A stretch of DNA of 62,703 bases, the filler included, from Nemertoderma westbladi (Eukaryota; Animalia; Xenacoelomorpha): assembly GCA_032718475.1 (NCBI GenBank). It is 3 parts of 3 records of this genome, joined end to end, with 100 filler letters (N's around TTAATTAATTAA, not from the genome) between each part and the next. Parts side by side here need not be neighbours in the genome. Positions count along the whole stretch, not along the records: positions 26,193 to 57,555 come from JAUCBJ010000258.1; positions 57,656 to 62,703 come from JAUCBJ010004271.1; 1 more part is not named here. One strand, 5' to 3'. Below are positions 50,901 to 62,703 of this stretch, piece after piece; within the stretch, counting starts at the first letter, position 1, and every line of letters begins with the position of its first letter. The position numbers were made by a program, and so were the translations under genes. The notes beneath the pieces were generated by a model. It worked only from the letters and a program-made list of their open reading frames with translations, searched no databases and was not told where the DNA came from.

Positions 50901-53900
50901 CACCACCTAAAAATAATAAAACTACAGTGTCAGATCGGACACCACCTATAAATTACCAAACTACAGTGTCAGATCGGACACCACCTAAAAATAACAAAAC
51001 TACAGTGGCAGATCGGACGCCACCTAAAGATAAAAAACTACAGTGGCAGATCGGACACCACCTAAAAATAACAAAACTATAGTGGCAGATTGGACACCAC
51101 CTAAAAATAACCAAACTACAGTGTCAGATCGGACACCATCCAGAAATAACAAAACTACAGTGGAAGATCGGACACCACCTAAAAATAACAAAACTACAGT
51201 GGCAGATTGGACACCACCTAAATATAACAAAACTACAGTGTCAGATCGGACACCATCCAGAAATAACAAAACTACAGTGGCAGATCGGACACCACCTAAA
51301 AATAACAAAACTACAGTGGCAGATTGGACACCACGTAAATATAACAAAACTACGGTGGCAGATCGGACACTACCTAAAAATAACAAAACTACAGTGGCAG
51401 ATCGGACGCCACCTAAAAATAACAAAACTACAGTGGCAGATTGGACACCACCTAAAAATAACAAAACTACAGTGGCAGATTGGACACCACCTAAATATAA
51501 CAAAACTACGGTGGCAGATCGGACACTACCTAAAAATAACAAAACTACAGTGGCAGATCGGACGCCACCTAAAAATAACAAAAATACAGTGGCAGATCGG
51601 ACACCACCTAAAAATAACAAAACTACAGTGGCAGATCGGACACCACCTAAAAATAATAAAACTACAGTGTCAGATCAGACACCACCTAAAAATTACCAAA
51701 CTACAGTGTCAGATCGGACACCACCTAAAAATAACAAAACTACAGTGGCAGATCGGACGCCACCTAAAGATAAAAAACTACAGTGGCAGATCGGACACCA
51801 CCTAAAAATAACAAAACTATAGTGGCAGATTGGACACCACCTAAAAATAACCAAACTACAGTGTCAGATCGGACACCATCCAGAAATAACAAAACTACAG
51901 TGGCAGATCGGACACCACCTAAAAATAACAAAACTACAGTGGCAGATCGGACGCCACCTAAAAATAAAAAACTACAGTGGCAGATCGGACTCCACCTAAA
52001 AATAACAAAACTACAGTGGCAGATCGGACACCACCTTAAGATAAAAAACTACAGTGGCAGATCGGACACCACCTAAAAATAACAAAACTATAGTGGCAGA
52101 TTGGACACCACCTAAAAATAACAAACCTACAGTGGCAGATCGGACACCACCTAAAAATAACAAAACTACGGTGGCAGATCGGACGCCACCTAAAAATAAC
52201 AAAACTACAGTGGCAGATTGGACACCACCTAAAAATAACAAAAATACAGTGGCAGATCGGACACCACCTAAAAATAACAAAGCTACAGTGGCAGATCGGA
52301 CACCACCTAAAAATAACAAAACTATAGTGGCAGATTGGACACCACCTAAAAATAACCAAACTACAGTGTCAGATCGGACACCATCCAGAAATAACAAAAC
52401 TACAGTGGCAGATCGGACACCACCTAAAAATAACAAAACTACAGTGGCAGATCGGACGCCACCTAAAAATAAAAAACTACAGTGGCAGATCGGACTCCAC
52501 CTAAAAATAACAAAACTACAGTGGCAGATCGGACGCCACCTTAAGATAAAAAACTACAGTGGCAGATCGGACACCACCTAAAAATAACAAAACTATAGTG
52601 GCAGATTGGACACCACCTAAAAATAACAAACCTACAGTGGCAGATCGGACACCACCTAAAAATAACAAAACTACGGTGGCAGATCGGACGCCACCTAAAA
52701 ATAACAAAACTACAGTGGCAGATTGGACACCACCTAAAAATAACAAAAATACAGTGGCAGATCGGACACCACCTAAAAATAACAAAACTACAGTGGCAGA
52801 TCGGACACCACCTAAAAATAACAAAACTACAGTGGCAGATCGGGCACCACATAAAGATAACAAAACTACAGTGGCAGATCGGACACCACCTAAAAATAAC
52901 AAAACTACAGTGGCAGATCGGACGCCACCTAAAAATAACAAAAATACAGTGGCAGATCGGACACCACCTAAAAATAACAAAACTACAATGGCAGATCGGA
53001 CACCACCTAAAAATAACAAAACTACAGTGGCAGATCGGACACCACCTAAAAATAACAAAACTACAGTGGCAGATTGGACACCACCTAAAAATAACAAAAC
53101 TACAGTGGCAGATCGGGCACCACATAAATATAAGAAAACTACAGTGGCAGATCGGACACTACCTAAATATAACAAAACTACGGTGGCAGATCGGACACCA
53201 CCTAAAAATAACAAAACTACGGTGGCAGATCGGACGCCACCTAAAAATAACAAAACTACAGTGGCAGATCGGACACCACATAAAAATAACAAAGCTACAG
53301 TGGCAGATCGGACAATACCTAAAAATAACAAAACTACGGTGGCCGATCGGACGCCACCTAAAAATAACAAAACTACAGTGGCAGATTGGACACCACCTAA
53401 AAATAACAAAAATACAGTGGCAGATCGGACACCACCTAAAAATAACAAAACTACAGTGGCAGATCGGACACCACCTAAAAATAACAAAACTACAGTGGCA
53501 GATCGGGCACCACATAAAGATAACAAAACTACAGTGGCAGATCGGACACCACCTAAAAATAACAAAACTACAGTGGCAGATCGGACGCCACCTAAAAATA
53601 ACAAAAATACAGTGGCAGATCGGACACCACCTAAAAATAACAAAACTACAGTGGCAGATCGGACACCACCTAAAAATAATAAAACTACAGTGTCAGATCG
53701 GACACCACCTATAAATTACCAAACTACAGTGTCAGATCGGACACCACCTAAAAATAACAAAACTACAGTGGCAGATCGGACGCCACCTAAAGATAAAAAA
53801 CTACAGTGGCAGATCGGACACCACCTAAAAATAACAAAACTATAGTGGCAGATTGGACACCACCTAAAAATAACCAAACTACAGTGTCAGATCGGACACC

Positions 53901-56900
53901 ATCCAGAAATAACAAAACTACAGTGGAAGATCGGACACCACCTAAAAATAACAAAACTACAGTGGCAGATTGGACACCACCTAAATATAACAAAACTACA
54001 GTGTCAGATCGGACACCATCCAGAAATAACAAAACTACAGTGGCAGATCGGACACCACCTAAAAATAACAAAACTACAGTGGCAGATTGGACACCACGTA
54101 AATATAACAAAACTACGGTGGCAGATCGGACACTACCTAAAAATAACAAAACTACAGTGGCAGATCGGACGCCACCTAAAAATAACAAAACTACAGTGGC
54201 AGATTGGACACCACCTAAAAATAACAAAACTACAGTGGCAGATTGGACACCACCTAAATATAACAAAACTACGGTGGCAGATCGGACACTACCTAAAAAT
54301 AACAAAACTACAGTGGCAGATCGGACGCCACCTAAAAATAACAAAAATACAGTGGCAGATCGGACACCACCTAAAAATAACAAAACTACAGTGGCAGATC
54401 GGACACCACCTAAAAATAATAAAACTACAGTGTCAGATCAGACACCACCTAAAAATTACCAAACTACAGTGTCAGATCGGACACCACCTAAAAATAACAA
54501 AACTACAGTGGCAGATCGGACGCCACCTAAAGATAAAAAACTACAGTGGCAGATCGGACACCACCTAAAAATAACAAAACTATAGTGGCAGATTGGACAC
54601 CACCTAAAAATAACCAAACTACAGTGTCAGATCGGACACCATCCAGAAATAACAAAACTACAGTGGCAGATCGGACACCACCTAAAAATAACAAAACTAC
54701 AGTGGCAGATCGGACGCCACCTAAAAATAAAAAACTACAGTGGCAGATCGGACTCCACCTAAAAATAACAAAACTACAGTGGCAGATCGGACACCACCTT
54801 AAGATAAAAAACTACAGTGGCAGATCGGACACCACCTAAAAATAACAAAACTATAGTGGCAGATTGGACACCACCTAAAAATAACAAACCTACAGTGGCA
54901 GATCGGACACCACCTAAAAATAACAAAACTACGGTGGCAGATCGGACGCCACCTAAAAATAACAAAACTACAGTGGCAGATTGGACACCACCTAAAAATA
55001 ACAAAAATACAGTGGCAGATCGGACACCACCTAAAAATAACAAAGCTACAGTGGCAGATCGGACACCACCTAAAAATAACAAAACTATAGTGGCAGATTG
55101 GACACCACCTAAAAATAACCAAACTACAGTGTCAGATCGGACACCATCCAGAAATAACAAAACTACAGTGGCAGATCGGACACCACCTAAAAATAACAAA
55201 ACTACAGTGGCAGATCGGACGCCACCTAAAAATAAAAAACTACAGTGGCAGATCGGACTCCACCTAAAAATAACAAAACTACAGTGGCAGATCGGACGCC
55301 ACCTTAAGATAAAAAACTACAGTGGCAGATCGGACACCACCTAAAAATAACAAAACTATAGTGGCAGATTGGACACCACCTAAAAATAACAAACCTACAG
55401 TGGCAGATCGGACACCACCTAAAAATAACAAAACTACGGTGGCAGATCGGACGCCACCTAAAAATAACAAAACTACAGTGGCAGATTGGACACCACCTAA
55501 AAATAACAAAAATACAGTGGCAGATCGGACACCACCTAAAAATAACAAAACTACAGTGGCAGATCGGACACCACCTAAAAATAACAAAACTACAGTGGCA
55601 GATCGGGCACCACATAAAGATAACAAAACTACAGTGGCAGATCGGACACCACCTAAAAATAACAAAACTACAGTGGCAGATCGGACGCCACCTAAAAATA
55701 ACAAAAATACAGTGGCAGATCGGACACCACCTAAAAATAACAAAACTACAGTGGCAGATCGGACACCACCTAAAAATAATAAAACTACAGTGTCAGATCG
55801 GACACCACCTAAAAATTACCAAACTACAGTGTCAGATCGGACACCACCTAAAAATAACAGAACTACAGTGGCAGATTGGACGCCACCTAAAGATAAAAAA
55901 CTACAGTGGCAGATCGGACACCACCTAAAAATAACAAAACTATAGTGGCAGATTGGACACCACCTAAAAATAACCAAACTACAGTGTCAGATCGGACACC
56001 ATCCAGAAATAACAAAACTACAGTGGCAGATCGGACACCACCTAAAAATAACAAAACTACAGTGGCAGATTGGACACCACCTAAATATAACAAAACTACA
56101 GTGTCAGATCGGACACCATCCAGAAATAACAAAACTACAGTGGCAGATCGGACACCACCTAAAAATAACAAAACTACAGTGGCAGATTGGACACCACGTA
56201 AATATAACAAAACTACGGTGGCAGATCGGACACTACCTAAAAATAACAAAACTACAGTGGCAGATCGGACGCCACCTAAAAATAACAAAACTACAGTGGC
56301 AGATTGGACACCACCTAAAAATAACAAAACTACAGTGGCTGATTGGACACCACCTAAATATAACAAAACTACGGTGGCAGATCGGACACTACCTAAAAAT
56401 AACAAAACTACAGTGGCAGATCGGACGCCACCTAAAAATAACAAAAATACAGTGGCAGATCGGACACCACCTAAAAATAACAAAACTACAGTGGCAGATC
56501 GGACACCACCTAAAAATAATAAAACTACAGTGTCAGATCAGACACCACCTAAAAATTACCAAACTACAGTGTCAGATCGGACACCACCTAAAAATAACAA
56601 AACTACAGTGGCAGATCGGACGCCACCTAAAGATAAAAAACTACAGTGGCAGATCGGACACCACCTAAAAATAACAAAACTATAGTGGCAGATTGGACAC
56701 CACCTAAAAATAACCAAACTACAGTGTCAGATCGGACACCATCCAGAAATAACAAAACTACAGTGGCAGATCGGACACCACCTAAAAATAACAAAACTAC
56801 AGTGGCAGATCGGATGCCACCTAAATATAAAAAACTACAGTGGCAGATCGGACACCACCTAAAAATAACAAAACTACAGTGGCAGATCGGACGCCACCTT

Positions 56901-57555
56901 AAGATAAAAAACTACAGTGGCAGATCGGACACCACCTAAAAATAACAAAACTATAGTGGCAGATTGGACACCACCTAAAAATAACAAACCTACAGTGGCA
57001 GATCGGACACCACCTAAAAATAACAAAACTACGGTGGCAGATCGGACGCCACCTAAAAATAACAAAACTACAGTGGCAGATTGGACACCACCTAAAAATA
57101 ACAAAAATACAGTGGCAGATCGGACACCACCTAAAAATAACAAAACTATAGTGGCAGATTGGACACCACCTAAAAATAACCAAACTACAGTGTCAGATCG
57201 GACACCATCCAGAAATAACAAAACTACAGTGGCAGATCGGACACCACCTAAAAATAACAAAACTACAGTGGCAGATCGGACGCCACCTAAATATAACAAA
57301 ACTACAGTGGCAGATCGGACACCACCAGAAATAACAAAACTACAGTGGCAGATCGGACACCACCTAAAAATAACAAAACTACAGTGGCAGATCGGACACC
57401 ACCTAAAAATAACAAAACTACAGTGGCAGATCGGACACCACCTAAAAATAACAAAACTACAGTGGCAGATCGGACGCCACCTAAAAATAACAAAACTACA
57501 GTGGCAGATCGGACACCACCTAAAAATAACAAAACTACAGTGGCAGATTGGACAC
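44893..57555. repeat. 39-bp tandem array, at least 12.66 kb (about 325 copies), truncated by the gap, with higher-order repeats
   Basis: Unit aaactacagtggcagatcggacaccacctaaaaataaca; on the minus strand tgttatttttag|gtggtgtccgatctgccactgtagttt, i.e. the CNBD acceptor plus 27 exon nt. Confidence 0.98.
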
Positions 57556-57655
57556 NNNNNNNNNNNNNNNNNNNNNNNNNNNNNNNNNNNNNNNNNNNNT
57601 TAATTAATTAANNNNNNNNNNNNNNNNNNNNNNNNNNNNNNNNNNNNNNNNNNNN
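57556..57655. other. Artificial gap/linker (N44-TTAATTAATTAA-N44)
   Basis: Same 100-bp six-frame stop linker as at 26093. Confidence 0.97.
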
Positions 57656-59820
57656 GGTTAGACGAGAACTTATTAGGTTGGCAGAAGGATATTAACGGGT
57701 ATTGGTCTGTTCAACAGTTCTGCTGTTAGTATAGAGGTCGCGGTTGTTTATCAGAGGTTGCCATTCATTGTAAAGAATTTGGTCTTTTTCTCATTGATTT
57801 CCATCCCGTAAGTAGTACAAAAAAGTACTAAGGCATTTAATTTCTTCAGCGCATTAACCTTATTTGATGCAAAAATTATAGTATCGTCCATTAGTAAAAG
57901 AATATGTATTCCCCCTAAAAACCCATCTTCCCTTACAGCTGATCGCACCATATGTACTAGTTTATCAATATAGATCAAAATAATATAACGCACGAGGGTG
58001 CCCCCTGGCGGACACCTACCTTAGTTAGGAACAATGCAGATTTCAAAATATGTTTCGTACGATTATATACTGCCTGTATTGCTAATAACATAACTTTACC
58101 ACAACCACATGATTTTAATGTTTGTAGCAAAAGATCCCGTGGTACCCGATCGTACGCTTTTTTGAAATCTACGAATATTATATACAACCTTAGTTTCTTG
58201 TGTAAAGCATAGTCTATCAGTAAACGAAGCGCAACAATATGTTCCCTGCATCCCCTGTTAGGTAAACCCCTGGCCTGACATTTATCTAGGTTACACCATC
58301 TTAGCAGTCTCTTTGCTAATAATAAATCGTACACTTTCGCTACAGTTGACATGATGGATATTCCTCTATAATTGCCACATACAACACGGCTACCCGATTT
58401 AAATATCACAAGTAATTTACTTATACCCCAATTAACCGGATACCACGTGCTATATAATACAATATTAAATACCGATAGGAAGAATAGTAACCAGACAGCC
58501 CCACGTAACTCTTCCCTGTCTTCATATCTGCCATCGCTTCTGCGAGTTCCCGCTCGGTAAAGGGATCATCGAGGGTAGGAATGTAGGGGGAGGCATCGCA
58601 ATCAATTGGACTCGCTACACTTGTGGAATCACCTCCCAACAACTGTGTGAAATGGTCTATGAACTGGGTATCACTCGGTGTATCATCGCCTATGGAAGTA
58701 TTTTCCACTTTACCTCTCCAATTTATCGCCTTCCATATTGTCTTAGGATTGTTTTCCATTGTTAGTCGTTTCCATCTACATAATCTATTTTTAGAAGTAT
58801 CCCAATTTTGATTCTATCCCCGCTTATTATTCTTGGCACAAGTGTTAATTAATATACTGCAGTCGTCAATGCAATGACACAATTCTTCTTTCGATAGAAT
58901 CGACGGATCCGGCGGGTGTATATGTGACATTGCAACGGAGAATGCCTGGCAATCGGTAGTCGTATGTGACACTCCTTTACGCATCGAGAGGTCGCCTCCG
59001 GCGACCTCTCGGGCCAACCGGGTACTCCTAGTGCACCTGAACGTTCAACCAAAGACTCCCCCGAATAACTCAACTGTAGATCCACCAATATATTAACTTT
59101 GAGAGGCGCATGATCAGAAAAACCTAGAGATTGGTCGACGGACACCAAACTAACCAAGTCAACAACATCCCACGAGAATATCGCATGGTCGATCTCAGAG
59201 ATCCACTCCCTTCCTTTGTGGTAACTCACCCACCGAATTGTTTCCCATCATATTTAAAATGGTTGAGTACCACGGTATTTGTAGCCGAGCAAATATTAGT
59301 TAATCGATGACCCCTTGTATTAGTTACATTGTCAACTATTCCATTGTATATTTCAGTTCCTGATCGTGGTTCGGTTTGGCATTCTCTATAAATAACAGGA
59401 TATCCAACTCTTGCGTTTATATCTCCCATTACCGCTACCATTGGTTCATCTTTTAGTTTCGAATGGAATATACCAACCAGCTCCTCCGAAAAATATGGTG
59501 AGTCAGGTGGCGGTATGTAGCAACCACCAAACAGTATTCTAGGTATCAACGATAACCGGAACCATATCTGTCCTTCGCTTGAAGCATCAACAGAGTAAAT
59601 ATATTTCTGTAAATCTTAACATAAGTAATATAATCCCTCCTCTGTGGTTCGCTGTTGCATAGTTTGGATACGTAACAAAACCTGGTACCTTAATAATTGC
59701 ACTAGTTTTTACCTCACTAATAAAAATGACATCATGTTGTAATAAAAATGTTAATACTCTCGGTTCAGTAAGTTTGTCACGGACGCCACAAATGTTCCAC
59801 GAACATATAACCTAATTTCC
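57656..59820 (-). mobile_element. Decayed LINE ORF2 (APE endonuclease plus RT), multiple frameshifts, 3' end lost in the gap
   Basis: SWNICG..IFISEVK (about 59710-59805), YIPP, GDINAR, IDH and SDH APE motifs; NYRGISI, FVDFKKAYD, GVRQG and LMDD RT motifs spread over several short ORFs. Confidence 0.9.
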
Positions 59821-59909
59821 GAGTTTTTAGTTCATCGACATCATGTACCTGCAAAACAGGATTTCAGTGTATAAATTCAAAAATATAGGCAAGCTGCCAG
59901 TAGAATAAC

Positions 59910-60569
59910 CTGTTAGAAGACATTGCTTGGCTCCATGTTGTAAACGGTGTTTGTTTAACATTTACGATCCCGTTATCTTCGATCCGGGCAGTGACCATTG
60001 GGAAGCCAGATTGGTAAAGCCACTGACGGAGGAAGGTGTCTCCATCCGGAAGGTTTTTAGACGAGTCTAAGATCTCCAGCGTTCGAACTCCATCGCGAAA
60101 TATCTCAATAAATTCATCAGTTGATATAGTTGAAAAGATAAATTTCTTTATAACTTTCTAAAAAAAGATACAATCAATAAAATACATGATGAAATGAACG
60201 ATAAAATGACAACCCATAATTATTATTTAAAGCAAACAAGTAGCACTCAACATCTAGCAGAATTTAAATAATTTATACGAATCATCCTTAAGTCCTGTTG
60301 ACTTTATGATAGTAACAATAATGTGTTGGCAAGTTATGTTTTCGAGGCAATTGATGTGTTTCGGCCATTAATATTTATTTTATTAACCTGTAAAACATGT
60401 TTCATTAGTCCTTCTCCGTATATGCTGTCGACCATTTCTAAAATGAATGTAGGTTTGGTGTAAACGAGAAACACTTCCCCAAACACATCCATAACTTCGT
60501 CTTTTGGAGGTACAATGTTGAGAACAGATGCACCTTGCGTCAGAGAATCCGCGTATAGTGTGTTTTGCA
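59910..60569 (-). CDS. Two internal exons (60569-60388, 60157-59910) of an M1-family aminopeptidase (APN/ERAP-like)
   Basis: LYADSL...EVMDVF..VYTKPTFILEMVDSIYGE..MKHVLQ|KVIKKFIF...FLRQWLYQSGFPMVTA..VNVKQTPF matches the Y-x-K-G and W-x-x-Q-x-G-F-P regions of M1 peptidases. GT-AG intron in phase 0. Confidence 0.8.
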
Positions 60570-61118
60570 CTACAAAATATATAAATTAAATCATCAGAAT
60601 AGATTTATTTAATATTATAATTCTAATAGATTATTATGATTATAATATATTATTTATTCAGAAAGCCTGTGCACAGTTATGAGTAACCATGAGAATATGG
60701 GAATATTTCCACGAACGAGCGTAAGGAGTGAGTCAAATATGAAACAAGTGTCTGAAATTGAAATACAGGTACTTTATTTAAATCGAATATGTTCCGGTAG
60801 TTTCGAAGTGTCATTAATTAAAAATTACATAATTAGGAGCTTCTCTTTAATTAGGAGGTCTACAATAAGGTTACTCACTCTGCTATGTTAGGGGGTGGAT
60901 CAGGAGAATGAATTTTAGTTACACAAAGCAGTGTGTCATGTTGTTACTCACTGTGGATTGCAAAATCTTTTATAGTTGACCTATAATAGTTGTATGTATT
61001 TAAGGAGCCCGCTGGCCTACCGCCTAACTTAGCAGGAGTACCTATGTTATATATTCACATAGGATTCACTGGGAAAAGATTTCCGTTTGACGCGGGGTAA
61101 TACCTATAGAAAGAATAA

Positions 61119-61491
61119 AGGTAAAAGGTAGACCTGGAAATACTATCTGATACCTTGTATGTCCGCAATTTACCTCCTCGTGGCCTCCCATCTGTCATAC
61201 CATTATCTGCTGCCACTGTGCTCAACCCTACAGTACTTGGCCGTCTTTAACCACTCGATACAATGTCCCACCTAAATTAGTAGCTAGAGTGTATGATTAA
61301 TCATTGTGGCCGTGATGGTTCAACGTTAATATACACTACCCTTTCATTGTAGCGAGTGGTTAAAGACGGCCAAGTACTGTAGGGTTGAGCACAGTGGCAG
61401 CAGATGATGGTATGACAGATGGGAGGCCATGAGGAGGTAAATTGCGGACATACAAGGTATCAGATAGTATTTCCAGGTCTATCTTTTACCT
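61119..61491. repeat. Long inverted repeat (147-bp arms, about 4 mismatches, 79-bp spacer)
   Basis: 61119-61265 is the reverse complement of 61345-61491. Confidence 0.92.
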
Positions 61492-61570
61492 GAGCCGTTA
61501 GCTGAATGGTTAGAGCGTCAGGCTTCCAACCCGGAGGTCACCAGTTCGATCCCACCTGGAAGTCGTTGCC
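61492..61570 (+). mobile_element. tRNA-derived SINE head or pseudo-tRNA
   Basis: A-box-like tagctgaatggttagagcg and B-box-like agttcgatccc, but the acceptor stem does not pair. Confidence 0.6.
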
Positions 61571-62097
61571 GTCTTTGCAAAAGCTGTGCCCAACATAAAG
61601 TTATAATAATATAAAACCACTCATTCACCCCAAAACACCAATAATAAATTATTCATTCAGTAGGTAGCGACAGAGTGCCGGTAACCTATACCTATAAATG
61701 AAACAGGTACCATACGACCAATGTTGCTTGTGCTGACTGAAACTGTGATGAATGACCTAGCTCAGCGTAACAATATAATACTATACATTCATACTTAGAG
61801 AATGCTGTTACATTTTTATTTCACGCCGTGATATATAGCACCCATAGCCCATCATTGAGTTTACTTTATTTCCCGGCGTATTTCACGCCGACGCACGCTT
61901 TATACCCCTTATGATCGATCCCTTGACGTTCGCTCATAGCGAATAAATTATCGGCAATATTAGGAGCCCACTTGGCAAATTTTACATCTGGTGTCAGTGG
62001 GATATATAGCTATATTTATTTCAAGTAATAAACAATTATTCATAAATAATTATTGGTTAACTTGAAGGTTGCTTCTCATGTTCCCAGATAGGGAGGG

Positions 62098-62140
<43 letters not shown>

Positions 62141-62370
62141 GGACGAAATAAAAATTCATCCATCTCCAGGGGAAATTCGACGCAAATAACAGCTGATTAC
62201 TCTCAAAAATAAAACTGTATACTGTTCTATTGTGTTTAGTTTATTGTTTTGGTTAAAATAACGTGCCACTGTAACCTGCTTCTTTCCCTAAATTGAGAAT
62301 GTAACATTGAGGCGGGATATTAATTCGCCAAGAAGGGATTTGCCCCCCCCCCCTTTCTCTAATTAGCACT

Positions 62371-62703
62371 TTAACCCTATTACCACTGGGGTGTTTGAAC
62401 CATTAGCACCACTGGGGGGGGGGGGGGGGGGGGCGATTCGGCCCACCCACTATATTTTTGTAATCGTCCAATGAAATCCTACAAAATTTGGGATGTTGGT
62501 GAAACAACTAGATGAACACTACCAAACATTAAAAAGTTAAAATTTCATAAGCAGTGAATCATAATTTTGATGAAAAATAAAAGTAGTCCCAGGACAAAAT
62601 TACAAAATTTTTCGTTTTCTAAAAACTGATATATAGTGTGGCAGTTTTGGCTAGATTTAGTAGGTTTTTCAAGACGCTGAATCGAATGTGATTATATTCC
62701 ATT
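62371..62703 (+). mobile_element. Possible left end of a non-autonomous TTAA-specific (piggyBac-like) element
   Basis: TTAA|CCCTATT followed by a G-run; a similar TTAACCCTATT plus C-run occurs at 12466. The other end is not seen. Confidence 0.3.

Noticed and set aside
44715-57611. Dozens of long ORFs (ADRTPPKNNKTTV, LLFLGGVRSATVV, FRWCPICHCSFVI) suggesting mucin-like, membrane or Cys-rich proteins
   Set aside because: A 39-bp stop-poor unit is open in several frames on both strands and frameshifts frequently; only the terminal minus-strand copy joins real coding sequence.
61492-61570. Functional tRNA-Gly(TCC) gene
   Set aside because: A and B boxes are present but the acceptor and anticodon stems do not pair properly; more likely a SINE head.

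Overview
AT-rich, intron-containing animal (invertebrate-type) genomic DNA in three pieces joined by two artificial 100-bp gap linkers (N44-TTAATTAATTAA-N44 at 26093-26192 and 57556-57655). Host genes that can be supported: an intronless 361-aa orphan ORF, a divergent 3-exon beta-tubulin with a long acidic tail, the 3' exons of an unknown minus-strand gene (about 31.4-31.8 kb), a hand-assembled 4-exon 71-aa minus-strand gene (43252-39246), the 3' part of a cyclic-nucleotide-binding-domain (CNBD2-like) gene, and two exons of an M1 aminopeptidase. Mobile DNA includes an RTE-like LINE family with (TAG)n tails (two young copies, one with a 51-bp target-site duplication, each nested in an inverted-repeat element), a decayed APE-RT LINE, an RLE-type fragment, SINE pieces, foldback elements and a gag-like coiled-coil ORF. 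The most striking feature is at 38-57.5 kb: four unrelated tandem arrays lie inside two neighbouring genes, and two are amplified 3' splice sites. One is about 325 copies of a 39-bp intron/exon junction (AG|GT) encoding the cNMP-binding 'RSAT' motif. The other is about 35 copies of the acceptor of a 12-nt microexon. Gene models were assembled by eye from splice signals and phase and need RNA-seq confirmation.
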